From assembly GCA_964016885.1 (NCBI GenBank), contig OZ024740.1, positions 162,254,001-162,318,000 of the forward strand: a DNA stretch of 64,000 nucleotides, read 5' to 3'. Below the pieces are notes generated by a model, which worked only from the letters and a program-made list of their open reading frames with translations, had not been told where the DNA came from and made no database searches. Positions 13,455 to 26,429 of the stretch are shown here, piece after piece; the stretch's first letter is position 1; each line of letters starts with the position of its first letter. The translations under genes and the position numbers were made by a program. The stretch comes from Eledone cirrhosa (Eukaryota).

Positions 13455-13488
13455 TGAATTGGGAAAAAAAAAAAAAAAAGTAATAATA

Positions 13489-13542
<54 letters not shown>

Positions 13543-13559
13543 GTACACTATTAATAATT

Positions 13560-13848
13560 ATTAATGCACTCGTGCAATGCCTGTGCGTGACGAATATTTT
13601 TAAAGTGAGGAAAGACTGTGCACTGAACCAACCCCACTCTCTGAGCGACAGTAGCTATAACCCGAAAAGAAGAAAAGATCAACATCATCGGTAACTACTG
13701 AGCCGCAGGTTTTATATCGGAGTTAACCCAGTTTCCTGAGATGCCTTCTCCTAGAAGAATACCCTGACAAGGGCTAGGGGTTCTTCACTCCCAGTGGTTT
13801 AACTGCGCGATCGGGCATCCAGCCCGATTATTTCTATGTCCCCGCGCA
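13560..13848 (-). promoter_or_regulatory. Probable RTE 5' UTR (inverted together with the APE segment)
   Basis: aagaaaagatcaacatcatcgg..gcaggttttatatc..ccttctcctagaa..tgacaagggctagggg aligns with the reverse complement of the core of the 610-bp element. It lies upstream of the APE ORF on the same strand. Confidence 0.6.
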
Positions 13849-14320
13849 AAAAAAAAAAAAAAAAAAAAAAAATCACTTATTGACACTTATACGTACGACA
13901 TACACACACACGCATACATATGCGCGCGCACAGCAACACTCATACATACAACAAACACACACACACGCTACTCTACTCACTTACACGCACACACACATAT
14001 ATATATATATATATATTACCGTCATTACTGATACAAGATTACAAGATTATGTCAACTGTTGACTTTCAAGAGTTTGTATAGTTGAAGCCGATCGTATTAC
14101 AGTCCAGTATTACTATAATTGCTTTACAGCATAGAGTTATGGCTCTCCACGGAGTCAACAAAAGAGAGTACCAGTGATGCGCTGGGCCAGTCGCTGGATC
14201 CGTGCCAAAAGCAGAAAAATTATTATTAAAGTTGTTCTTAAGGCCAGGTCGCTGGTGATGGTGATGGCGGCGGCGGTGGCGGTGGTGGTGGTGGTGGTGG
14301 CAGTTGATGTTGTTGTTGTG

Positions 14321-14373
<53 letters not shown>

Positions 14374-15035
14374 TTATTTTGAGTTTTTTTTTCCTTTCTT
14401 TTTTTTTTTTTTTTTCCCTTCCCTTTTCTTTTTTCTTTTCCCTTCCTTTTTTTATGTTTTGATGCCGCTGTTGTTGTAATTGTTGTAAATGTTCATTTCA
14501 GTTCATTCTGAAGCTGTTGTTGCTGTAAACATTAGTGCCGGTGTTGTTGTTGTAGATGTTGGGGTTGAAATCTGGTTGTTTGACTGAGTGATGTATATAC
14601 ACACATATACATACACACACATATATATATATACATTCAACAGAGAGTAGAGAGTTTGACAACAGGTCGATGACTTTAGTCTCGATAGGGTATGGTATGG
14701 TAATGACATGTGATGGTGGGGAGAGAGTGTAGACGTTATTGTGGTGGTGGGGACAGTGAGATGTATCTAGTTCATTTGACCGTTTTCTTCTCTTAGCAAA
14801 ATTTGAATTCTAGCCATGTTATATTGAGATGTAAGTAAATGTAAAATATAAATAAGGATTGCTCTGCTAAAATATACTAAAATATTTGTGTAACTTCCAC
14901 AAACTTCTGTCGTGACATTCCCGAGTCCAGTGACCAAAAAATTGTTGTATTTTGATGTTTCAGAATACAAAAATTAATTAAAAACTTACCCCACGAAGAG
15001 ACAGCGTGTGTTGTCCTATCTATAAGCTCCCTCCC

Positions 15036-17939
15036 TGGAATGTAATCGGAAGGCATGGGGTGGGAAAGTGTAACAGCAATGGTATGCTCTTGCTGCAGGT
15101 GTGTGAGGAGCTGGATCTGTGTGTTACCAGCACCATGTTCCAACAAAAGAACAAATTCAAGACCACATGGATGCATCCTGCAACTAAGGAATGGCATCTT
15201 TTGGACTACGTCCTAGTCAGGATGCGTGACAGACAGGATGTGTAGTGTGTTCGTGTTCTTCGTGGAGCTGAGTGCTGGACGGACCACCGCCTGGTACGCG
15301 CAAAAGTGAATCTAATCACCAAACGTAAAATCCGGGCTCCTGGTGTTACCCTGCCCAAAATATTGAATGCTGCTCGTCTTAAGGATAAAAATGTGAAGAG
15401 GACATTGGAAGAAGAGATGCAGGCTGCAGATCTTGGTGAGGATTGGCCGACCCTTAAAAAGTCGGTTTATGATGTAGGCAGACGTGTTCTGGGATTGGTG
15501 CAGAGAAAACATCAGGACTGGTTTAATGAGAATGATGTGCATATAGAAGACTTGTTGGCTGATAAGAGGCGTGCTCTGTCACGCTACTTGACGGCAAAAC
15601 CACAGGAGAGGAATACGTTGCATGAGGAGCTCAGGGATGTAAAATCACGTGTTAGGCGGAGTCTTTCTCAGATGAAGGATCAGTGGTGGAGTGAGAAGGC
15701 TGGTGAGATACAAACTGCGTCTGATTGCAATAACACAAAGCTGTTGTACAGTCTCTTGCGTGAGGTTTATGGACCGTCTTCTTCTCTGGTGACACCGATT
15801 CGCAGCAAGGATGGCAAAGAACTTCTTCGTGACTCACAGGAAATTCTACGAAGGTGGCGAGAGCACTTTGATGATCTTTTGAATCAGCCGTCTGTCGTCA
15901 GTGAAGATTTCCTCAATCTCATTCCGGAAAGTCCTGTGAAAGTAGCTCTCGCAGAACCTCCGACACTTGTGGAGGTTGCAGTGGCTATTTCGAAGCTGAA
16001 CAGTGGAAGATCTCCAGGTGTGGATGGCATACATGCTGAGCTCCTACAATATGGTGGTGAGAGACTCCTGCAACATCTTCACTCTCTGTTTGGAAGGATA
16101 TGGGCTAATGAATCCGTGCCTGAGGACTGGAGAGATGCGGTAATGGTGGTCTTGTACAAGGGAAATGGTAACAGGAATGATTGTGGGAACTACAGAGGTA
16201 TATCATTGCTTTCTGTCGTGGGGAAAGTTTTATGTAGGGTGCTTCTGGACCGTCTGCTGACACACATTGCAGATTGTGTCCTTCCTGAAAGTCAATATGG
16301 TTTTCGTGCTGGACGCGGCACTACTGATATGATCTTCTCAGCTAGACAGCTCCAGGAGAAGTGCATTGAACAAGGCTTGGATCTGTATCAGGTTTTTGTC
16401 GATCTGACAAAGGCTTTCGATACTGTCAACAGAGATGCATTATGGAAGGTTCTCCAGAAACTTGGTTGCCCTGATAAGTTCCTTGCTTTAGTTAGGTCTT
16501 TCCATGACGACATGAAGGCTTGGGTTAATGTCGGAGGTAACATGTCGGAGCTTATCTCAGTAAAAAATGGAGTGAAACAGGGGGATATTCCAGCACCGAC
16601 CCTGTTTGCCATATACTTTGCAATGGTTTTCTGTATTGCATTCAGGAATTGCGAGCATGGTGTTTACATCCGATATCGAACCTCAGGCAGCATATTTAAC
16701 ATCAGGCGCTTTGCTGCGAAGACAAAAGTATTTACATCAGTCATAAGAGACCTCTTGTATGCAGATGATTGCGATCTTGTAGCGCACGCAGAGAGTGATA
16801 TGCAGCACATTTTGAATGTATTTTCTGACGCTTTCACTGCCCTGGGTTTGACTGTCAGTCTCAAGAAAACCGTCGTCATGTACCAACCTGCCCCTGGTAA
16901 GCAGTACACTGAACCAAACATCTATGTGTATGGCAAATGACTTGGAGTGGTTGATCAGTTTGTCTACCTGGGAAGCACTGTCAATCGATACGGCAACCTT
17001 GACAGTGAAATCTCACTTAGGATTAGGAAAGCAAGTGATGCTTTCGGAAAGCTAGAAAGGCGACTCTGGGGTCGGCGAGACATATGCAGGAGGACAAAGG
17101 TAAAGGTGTACAGGGCATGTGTACTCTCTTGTCTTCTTTATGCCTGCGAGACCTGGGTCACATATCGACGCCACCTTAAGCAATTGGAGCGTTTCCATCA
17201 GATGTGTCTCAGACGGATCCATGGCGTTCACTGGAGGGACCACATCAGTGATGTCGAGATTTTGGAAAGCTCTATGTGTGACAGTATAGAAGCTCTTGTG
17301 CTTGAGCAGCGACTCCGTTGGAGTGGTCACCTTGCCAGGATGAAGGATTCTAGAATACCAAAACAACTCTTCTATGGAGAGTTGGTTAAAGGAAAACGAC
17401 CGCCACATAAACCAAAAAAGAGGTATAAGGATTCCTTGAAAGCTTCTCTGAAAGACGCTAACATCTCTGCTGATACATGGGAAAATATTGCTGCTGATCG
17501 TAATAAATGGAGAAAGACTGTATATGAGGGAAAAGTTGCCTTTGAGGCATCTCGAATCGCACACGAGAAAGTAAAGCGGGACGTGAGGAAAGGCATTGCT
17601 GTTGCACTTCCAGACGGCGAGGGTCCTCCTATGGTTCTGACATGCAGCGTCTGTGCGAGACTCTGCCTAAGCAAAGCTGGACTCGAAAGTCATCTTCGCA
17701 GTCATAAAGTAAGACCAGTGGTTGACTACCAGGCTGCTGTTGGAGATGCTACTCATCATGCTTGCCTAACATGTGGTAGAGAATGTAAATCAGCAGGAGG
17801 ACTCAAGCGACGTGCAAAAGTACACGAACTCCAACCACAGCCGACTATTCCCAGTAAATGTTTGGGTTGCCGACTCTGTGCAAGACATTTTAGATCATTG
17901 GCTGGTCTAAAAAGCCACATTCGATCGCAGCACTGTTAG
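15036..17939 (+). pseudogene. RTE-clade LINE ORF (APE C-terminal half, RT, three C-terminal C2H2-like zinc fingers) with two premature stops
   Basis: ORFs 15006, 15306 and 16947 are all in one frame. Motifs: NYRGISLLS, FVDLTKAFDTV, GVKQG, LLYADD, YLGS, QRLRWSGH..RIPKQLFYGEL. Confidence 0.95.
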
Positions 17940-17945
17940 TTGCTA

Positions 17946-18025
<80 letters not shown>

Positions 18026-18087
18026 GCTTATGTGCGTGCGTGTGTGTGTATATATATATGAATATGTATATTATTATTGTTGTTGTC

Positions 18088-18430
18088 GCATTTTGTTGAA
18101 AGATGGGTGAGAGAAGCAAGAATGGCCCGAGTGAATGGGCCGACTCTGAGTATATATCTGTAAACTAAAGGTGGAAAACTGGGAGAGGGCACTTGCCTTG
18201 GTGGTCAGGGTCATTGTGGCTTTTTACTGGGCTTTCTCCACAAATGTCCCTCCGAAGTCTCCCCCCTATTGGGGAATTTTTCATTGTTATTTTCATTGTT
18301 ATTTTTGTTACATCCTCTGTTTTTGTTTTTTTACACGCAGAAATGCCCATTTGTACCGTCCTGCATTGTCCTGCACTGTCCTTAATGTCTACTTTATGTA
18401 AACCCTTGTGGTTAATAAAGAAATCATTAT
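18088..18430 (+). mobile_element. Tx1-like LINE 3' end with (TTA)n tail, inside the RTE 3' UTR
   Basis: Closely matches the reverse complement of 26428-26735. Confidence 0.85.
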
Positions 18431-18439
18431 TATTATTGC

Positions 18440-18488
<49 letters not shown>

Positions 18489-18584
18489 GTTATTAATGTA
18501 TGTGTGTATATATGTGTGAGTGTATGTGTATGTATGTGTGTGTATATATGTATGTGTGTATATGTATGTATGTGTATATGTATA

Positions 18585-18621
<37 letters not shown>

Positions 18622-18710
18622 CCCTTTTTTTTTATTTATTTATTATTATTTTTTTTTATTTTTTTTTTTCTTGTGCAATGGCCATACTCGATAACGAGGG
18701 GGCAGCCATC

Positions 18711-19325
18711 ATATGTCAGGTCACCAGTTGGTGCTACTGGTAACATGTATCCCAGTACAACCTGTCCCATGGTCGGGTCGTTGGCGACTAAACTGGCAAC
18801 CCCACCAAGGTTTCTTGGTGAGGAGGGTGACTTTGGACATCCTGCAGGACTAAAAACAAAACCTGTCAAAGGGCAAAGGAGCTCCTAAGAGTCAATGGCC
18901 ATCCAAAATCACCGGGAGAGATGACCCCTTAGCCTTTGTCAAGGCAGAATTCTAGGAGAAGGAAAACTCTGATATAACACCTGCAACCCTGATGGTATCC
19001 GATGATGTTGACTTGTTCTTCTTTTTGGTAAATATCATCTTGGTTAAGAGAGTGGGACTGGCTTTGTGCAGTGCCTTTTCTCACTATAAAAGCTTCACGG
19101 CACAGGCATTGCTTTATATCTGGAGATCTCTCTGCACTTGTCGTCACATGGTACCATGGGCCCAGCACTATGTGTCAATAATTGTCACAAGTGTAGTGTT
19201 TGTACCAGAGTTTTCTAGTCGCTGGCTGGACTAAAAAGTGACACTTGTTCAGCGCATCGGTAGGGGTTCTCCTACATGGATATAAAGTAGTGGCCGTACT
19301 CGAAAACGAGTTGGCAGCCACCATG
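18711..19325 (+). mobile_element. Third copy of the RTE-derived non-autonomous element (its 5' end is the RTE target site)
   Basis: Highly similar to 12103-12714 and followed by degenerate (TATG)n. Confidence 0.85.
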
Positions 19326-19449
19326 TATCTATATATGTGTGTATGTATGCATGTATGTATGCATTCACGTCTGTCTGTAGGTGTGTATGTATGCATGTAT
19401 GTATGTATGAATATATGTATGCATGTATGTATATATGTATGTATGTATA

Positions 19450-22032
19450 TAATTTCACAAAGTTTTACCAATAGAGAGAGAGAGTCGGTTTCTAACAAAG
19501 ACACAAGACTCTCTCATTGGAATTTACACAACATCAACTAGGTAGATATGTATGTATGCATGCATGTGTAGATGTGGATGTTATTGTATGTGTGGATGTG
19601 TATGTTTTGAGTCGTACGTGTGCATGTGTATATGCTTTGTATCTGTACATGTGTATATGCAGTTATTAGATGCAACATTTTTGGAATGTTTCACATATTT
19701 TTACTGTTCCATTAATGGATTGTACTTGTAATTTCCTAACTAGTTGTGTTCTATATGTTCCTGTGAAGCCTAGCTTCTCAAGATTTGTATTGAACCAGTT
19801 ACTAACATATCCCAGTGCCCCAGTAATCACAGGCATAAATCTGAAGGTGTAATCAGGGTGGAGTATCTGCAGATTTCTCATCAGTTCTGTATAAATATTC
19901 TCCTTTTCACTAATCTTTGATATTATATTGGCATCTGCTGGGCAGCTAATTTCCACTACTGTGCATGCTTTCTTCTCCCTGTCCCATATCATAATATCTG
20001 GTCTGTTATGCCTGCATTTTATTTGGGTTTTTACTGGAACATTCCACCCGTACTCTTTCATATTATGTACATGGATGTCTTCCACATTGTTGTAGCTTTT
20101 AATGTGTTTATTATCGGGGCTATCTTTTTTACGAACTGCATTGTACAGTGTTTTGGCCACTACATCATGCCTCATAGGTAGATAGTACCGCGATGACATC
20201 TTTGGACAGCTGCTGATGACATGGGTGATATCCTCGATGTTAGTTCTGCAGAATCTGCACTTGTTATCACATCTAGGTGTTTTGCCTGCATCCCTATCTC
20301 TTTTGTGAATCAGGTATTTCGTGCTAATCTCTTGTTCCTGGCTTGCAAAAGCGTATCCTTCAAAGTAGGAGCCAATATAGCGGTTGTTGGTCCAAGATAG
20401 ACTACTCTCCTTATCTACATTACTCTCTCTCTGGAGCTTCCTGGCAACATATCCATGCATGATTTTTTGCTGATAGGCATGCAGTTTTTCATCCATGGAT
20501 TCACTGCTATACTGCTGAGCGACATCCCTGGGTGTGAGCTTTTGATTATCACACAGGGAATATCTCTCAAGGAGTTCCTTCCCAACTCTCATGATCTTAT
20601 CTGTTTCATGCAGATAGACTTGCTCGAGAAACGGCTCCTGCGCTTCGAGGTTCGAAGATGTTGTCGGAGAGATATGATGCGACATTCAAATGTTGTCTGG
20701 ACTAATGTTAGGCCTCTGCCCCACTGCTTACGTTTCAAGTAAAGCGGTCTATGTCACTGTTGATGTGGAAGTTTCCGGTGTTGTTCAGTATTTTTCGAGT
20801 TCCAACATCAACTGCTCGGATTTCGTCTATCGTCCAATTGAGTATTCCAAACGTTGGTGTTAGGACAGGCACAGCAAACACATTTTGATCCACTGTTTTG
20901 TTTTGCGCAGAGAGTTCCGATGACCAGATCTTTCTTAATCGGGTGTAGTATTCCCTGGTTACGCGTTCCTTATTACAGATACCATTATAGGATATGTTCT
21001 CATCTATCACCAGTCCTCATCAGATATCCGTGAAATAGTTAGACCATTGATGACAATGTTGCTAGATTGGGTTGTTGTTTTTCCCCGCTTTACAGTCATG
21101 TATGAGCATTTATCTTGGCCAAACTCCATTCCTATATCTTTTGAGAACGTTGTAACCAAGTCAAGATTTTTCTTCACCCCATCCATGTTCTTGGCATAGA
21201 GTTTCAGATCGTCCACAAAGAAATTATGGGTTAGGTTCGTATTTCTGTCCTCCTGTGAGCCAATGATGTATCCCTCACATTTCTTGAGCAGAAAGGACAA
21301 GGGGTTTAATGACAAGATGAACAATATCACAGAGAGACTGTCGCCCTGAAATATACCCCTAAAATATTTTATTTTATCAGTGAAAATAGAGTCCTCCCTC
21401 TCTGTCTTTAACCTTAGGATAGTAGCCCAAGAAGAAGACAGCCTCTCTATGGCTCTGACAATAATGTCTGGGACTTTAGCAAGTTGGAGGGCCTCTATCA
21501 TCCAAGAGTGGGGAACAGAATCGAAAGCTTTCCTGTAGTCCAGCCAGACTGTAGTCATATTCCTCCTAAGTTGTCGCACCTCCGACATCGAAGTTTTGTT
21601 GATTAGGAGTTGTTCAGCACATCCAAAACCCCTTTCTTTCCAGCTGCTTGTTCATCTGTGATGATGTTATATATTTTCACAGTGATCTCGGAGGAATAGG
21701 TTCAGGCAGGCTGTATACATCTTATACATCAGGTTCTGACATGTAATGGGTCGGTAGTTTTTTGCAAAGTGGGTGTCTTTGTTCTTGGGGACCAGTTACG
21801 TTTGTGCTAATGTCAACCATTCTGGTATAAGTGTATCTCCCTTAAGAACTTGTTGGTAGAGGTCAGTAAGATACCTCCGATAGAATATTACTTTTTTGTA
21901 CCAGTAGCCGACAATCATGTCTCTTCCTGGTGTTTTCTTATCTTGGAGTTTTCCTATCACAGTCTCAAGGGTACCCTCACTTATTTCGTATGTTTTTGTT
22001 GTAGTGTAGGAGCAATAGTTCTTTCGGATTTC
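19450..22032 (-). mobile_element. R4/Dong-like non-LTR retrotransposon family A, 5'-truncated and frameshifted
   Basis: RT motifs WLDYRKAFDSVPH, GIFQGDSLS, FFVDDLKLYA; CCHC knuckle CRFC..HVISSC; RHD..HNRPD..VEISCP restriction-like endonuclease. Flanked by (TACA)n. Confidence 0.92.
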
Positions 22033-22089
22033 TGTATGCATATATATAAGTATGTATGTATGTATGTAAGTATATATGTATGTATGTAT

Positions 22090-23950
22090 ATTATCTCTTT
22101 CTCTTAATTTCGAGTATATTTTATTTTGACCGGTCACCTTTCTGGTGGCAAGGTTGTAAAAGAAAAGATATTGTCATCCTTTGAATCACAAGAATGTTTT
22201 GCAAATTTTGAAGGTGCCACCTATCGCAGTCATTTGTAGACTATGAATTAGGGAGCTGCGCTTTTTGTCCGCAAATCCATGTTCAGTCATACTTTGGTCC
22301 AAGCGGGTTGGTATATAACCCGTAGCTCCAATAATGATGGGTATGAAGCTAAAGTGTATCTTGGATACTGGATATGTAAACTCCTCATCAATGGTCCGTA
22401 GATGTCCTCCTTCTCCTGTACTTTTCTGACAACGTTTACATCAAGTGGGCAGCTGATCTCGTTTCCAATGTGTGGTCCCAAACAACAATATCAGGCCGGT
22501 TGTGCTTTAATTTGGTGGCAGTTTTTATTTTCAGGTTCCACCAGTATTCCTTAGTGCCATCTGTCTCAATATATTCTTCCTCGTTTGTTGTTAATTTTGT
22601 TTTCCGAAGTGCGTTCCAGATGGTTCTAGCTATCCCATCGTGTCTCATGGAGAGGTAGTAGCGAGATGACATTCTTTCGCAGCTGGCAACAATGTGGCTT
22701 ACATTTATAGCCTACATTTATTGCCTACATTTATAGCCTACATTTATAGCCTACATTTATTGTCAGCTGCTGGCCCTCCTCTTTTGTGCAGCAGATATTT
22801 GGTAGGGAGTTCTTGTTCCTGTATTGCATAGAGATATCCCTCAAGGTGTGATGTCATACACTTGTCGGAACTCCATGCCAGGATTTTTGAGTGGTTTATC
22901 CCCTCTATGGTCTGTGTTTTACGTCTCAAGTATCCATGCACAACTTTTTCTGTAAATTGGTCAATTTTTTTATCTTGTTTGAACATTGAATAGGATCTTC
23001 CGATTTCTCTGGGTGAGAGATTTATATCAGGCTTTATTCCATATCTCTCCTCCAGATCAGTCGCTATTCTAATGATATTTCTTTTTCATGCTCATAAACC
23101 TGGGCAAGATGGTTGCCAACCATTATCCTCTGTTGAAGGTGTTGCTTCAGTGTTACTATCCGGATCTCATATGTTGTTAATATTGATTTTAGACCCCGGC
23201 CACCTTCCTTGCGTGAGCAGTATAGCCTATCCACATCACCATTGATGTTAAAGTTCCCAGTAACACTGAGAAGTTTTCGAGTTCTAACATGCATCTCACT
23301 TAGTTCTTGCAATGACCAGTTCAGCAGGCCAAATGTTGGCGTTAGAATTGACACAGCATAAGTATTGTGGGCAATGTATTTGTTGTATGCTGACAGTTCT
23401 GATGACCATATTTTCTTTACTCTTCTGAGGTATTCAGTTTTGGTTCTCTCCTTCTTTATGGGTCCATCATATCTGACATTCTCATCCTGTCCAAGATATC
23501 TGTAGTTGTCACCTGACTGCAGAGGTTGTATTGTCAGGCCGTTCATCTCTAGATTTCTAGAGGAGGGCACAGCTCTTCCACGTTTTACTGCCAAATATGC
23601 ACACTTGGTGTCGGTTGAAAATTGTGTAATGAGGTCCAAATGTTTCTTGATGTCATTGATATTTGGCCCATTCTTTGTTCAGGTCATCAACAAAGAAAAG
23701 ATGGGAGATACTTCTGGGCCCACTTCTTTGTCCACCTTGTTTCCTGAGTAGGTAAGATAGTGGATTCAGTGAGAGAACGAAGAGTAGCACTGACAAGCTA
23801 TCACCCTGAAAGATGCCCTTCTGGTAATATATCTTATCAGTCTTAACCTGCTCCTTCTCACCTCTAAGGATCAAATTGGTGTACCGGTTGTTGGTCAGGC
23901 GTTCAACAGCAGCTACCAATGGTTGTGGGACTTTAGCTAACTGTAAAGCC
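22090..23950 (-). mobile_element. R4/Dong-like non-LTR retrotransposon family B, 5'-truncated
   Basis: GIFQGDSLS, HLFFVDDL, YRYLG, RHD, HNRPDIVVWD. (TACA)n at both ends. Confidence 0.9.
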
Positions 23951-24069
23951 TATGTATGTATGTATGTATGTATGTATGTATGTATGTATGTATGTATGTA
24001 TGTATGTATGTATGTATGTATGTATGTGTGTATCGATGTATTCATAAATATTTCTATTCAATGATTCCA

Positions 24070-24760
24070 TGAGTGACAGAAAGAAAAGAAAAAATATAAA
24101 ACTGAAAGAATAATGACTAAAAGAATCCAAGAAAGAAAGAATGAGAGAAATAAAGAAAAAAGAAAGGAGAAATGAAGAAACATGGCAGAAAGGGAAAAGG
24201 AAAGAAAGAAAGAATAGCAGAAAGAAAGAAAAAGAAAAGAAGGAAATAACAACAGAAAGAAAGAATCATGGAAAGGTGGAAAGACAGCAATAATTGTTTC
24301 TACTTTTGGTACAAGGCCAGCAATTAATCCAGTGCATTACTGGTACATTATTTCATCGACCCCGTAAGGGTGAAAGGCAAAGTTCACCTCGGCGGGATTT
24401 AAACTCAGACCGTAAAGGGCTATAACTCTATTATTCAAAACATGGCGTCCAACCCTCTACTGATAGAAAGAAAGAAAGATGGAATAAATAGTGGAAATAA
24501 TAGTAAAAAGGAAGATAGAAAGAAAGAAAAAAAGAAGGAAGGAAGGAAATAATAGCATTGAGAATGAAATAAAAAAAAGAAAGAAAAGAGAAAGAAAGGA
24601 AAGAGAAAGAGAGAAAGCAACACACAAAAAAACAGAAAGAAAGAAAAAGGAAAGAGATAGCTAGCAGAAAGAAAGAAATTCGGACTGAAAACAAAGGAAA
24701 CAAGAGAAAAGAAAGAATCAAAGAAAGGAAAAAGAAAGTAAGAACGAGAATGTAAAGAAA
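24070..24760. repeat. GA-rich low-complexity tract containing a minus-strand SINE at about 24289-24465
   Basis: (GAAA)-like repeats, with the SINE core actggtac..atcgaccccgtaagg..aaggcaaagtt. Confidence 0.8.
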
Positions 24761-25241
24761 TGGAGAGGCTATTTCCACAAAAATGATTTTTTTTCTTTCA
24801 ACTTCCATATTTTTTCCTTCTATATAAAAATAAAAGAAAACTAGTCTTAGCAACAATAAATATTGATGACAATGACGTGTAAGAAAACATTAATATAGAT
24901 GATGATAGGTTAAGGTAGAGCATAGGTGTAGGCAAATGAAATTATAGAAAATATTGGAAACATGATGGAAAAAAACAAAAAGAAAAGTGATGACTAAGCT
25001 TATATTCTTTGTTTCTTTTTTGCTTTTATGCATTTAATTGTGTATTAGCATTTAACATTAGAGACTAATTGTATTAAATGAACAATGACTTCTCTTACAC
25101 AATTCCTGTTTTACGTGTAAATGTGTGTGCCTTTAGTGTGTGCTTGCCTCTCTCTCTCTCTCTGTGAGTGTGAGTGAGTTTGTGTGTATTTCTTCTTTTT
25201 CTCTCTTTTGCTTTCCCTCTCTCAACATATATATATATAAG

Positions 25242-25329
25242 TAATGTAATAAAAAATATTTAAGAAATTGAAATATATATATGTGTGTTTGTGAGCGTGT
25301 CTGTGTGTGTATGTGTGTGTTTTCTTGTT

Positions 25330-25377
<48 letters not shown>

Positions 25378-25471
25378 AACAAGAAAACACACACACATAC
25401 ACACACACAGACACGCTCACAAACACACACATATATATATTTCAATTTCTTGAATATTTTTTATTACATTA
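25242..25471. repeat. Inverted duplication centred on (TA)n
   Basis: taatgtaataaaaaatatt..ttcttgttcgc-(AT)n-gcgaacaagaa..aatattttttattacatta. Confidence 0.9.
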
Positions 25472-25912
25472 TTTAATTACTATTACATAAATCTGTTAAT
25501 TCGGGGTTTGCTAAACCAAAGTTGTGCTATGTGCAAGTGTGTGGAGTGTATCAAATAAAAAATAATGGACTGTCAAAGGCATGTTTTAATGTCAAAGGCA
25601 TGTTTTAAAATCCTTTAAAGTTGTTTCTGTGCATAAGATTCTGTGTATTTCCCTATTTTATTTCCCTATACTTAATGTGTTCTTATGTACTTGATCAGAC
25701 GGCAAATTTCTGAAAATATATCTACATCTATATCAGTATTAACTAAGCATATGTTTACCTTGGTACTTGAAGATTCATGAACGTATCCTATTAATCGTAG
25801 CGGATTAATCTCACGTGCACCACCAATCTTCAGTCTTTATGAAAAAGAAATTCGATCTATTTAGCTGTATGTATATCTATCTTTCTCTCATATGTAAATA
25901 TACATGCATATA

Positions 25913-26031
<119 letters not shown>

Positions 26032-26373
26032 TTAATCTTGAACGTTTTCCTTATAAAATCTGTAAACAAAATATACAAAAGTAAGTAAAAAAAATGTATT
26101 TAAATTCCAGACACATCCACCGCTTTTGGACGTAACAGAGCTTTTTTTCATTTTTCGTAATTATTGAAACCATTTTCTATTCTTACAGGAATTTCAAAGC
26201 TTTATTCCTATCTTTTGTAGGAATAAAGCTTAGGACAAATTTTGTGATCACATATCAACTTTCCCCATACACTGTAAAAATAATATATCATCTTTCCTAC
26301 AATATACTACCTTCTATGAAAAATTACCAGCAATCAAAAACGATGACCAGACCTAACATTTTTGCCAACATAA

Positions 26374-26427
<54 letters not shown>

Positions 26428-26429
<2 letters not shown>

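Larger units (their letters stand above)
12811..18710 (+). mobile_element. Complete RTE insertion with 5' inversion
   Basis: Bounded by a 15-bp TSD. The 3' terminal hairpin ctcg-ataa-cgag and gcagccatc lie at 18687-18710. Confidence 0.8.

Noticed and set aside
18714-18800. Possible HDV-like ribozyme at the 5' end of the RTE-derived unit (ccagt..tcg-ttgg-cga-CTAA-actgg)
   Set aside because: P2, P4 and a J4/2-like strand can be drawn, but I could not build convincing P1 and P3/L3 by eye. It needs a descriptor search on the consensus.
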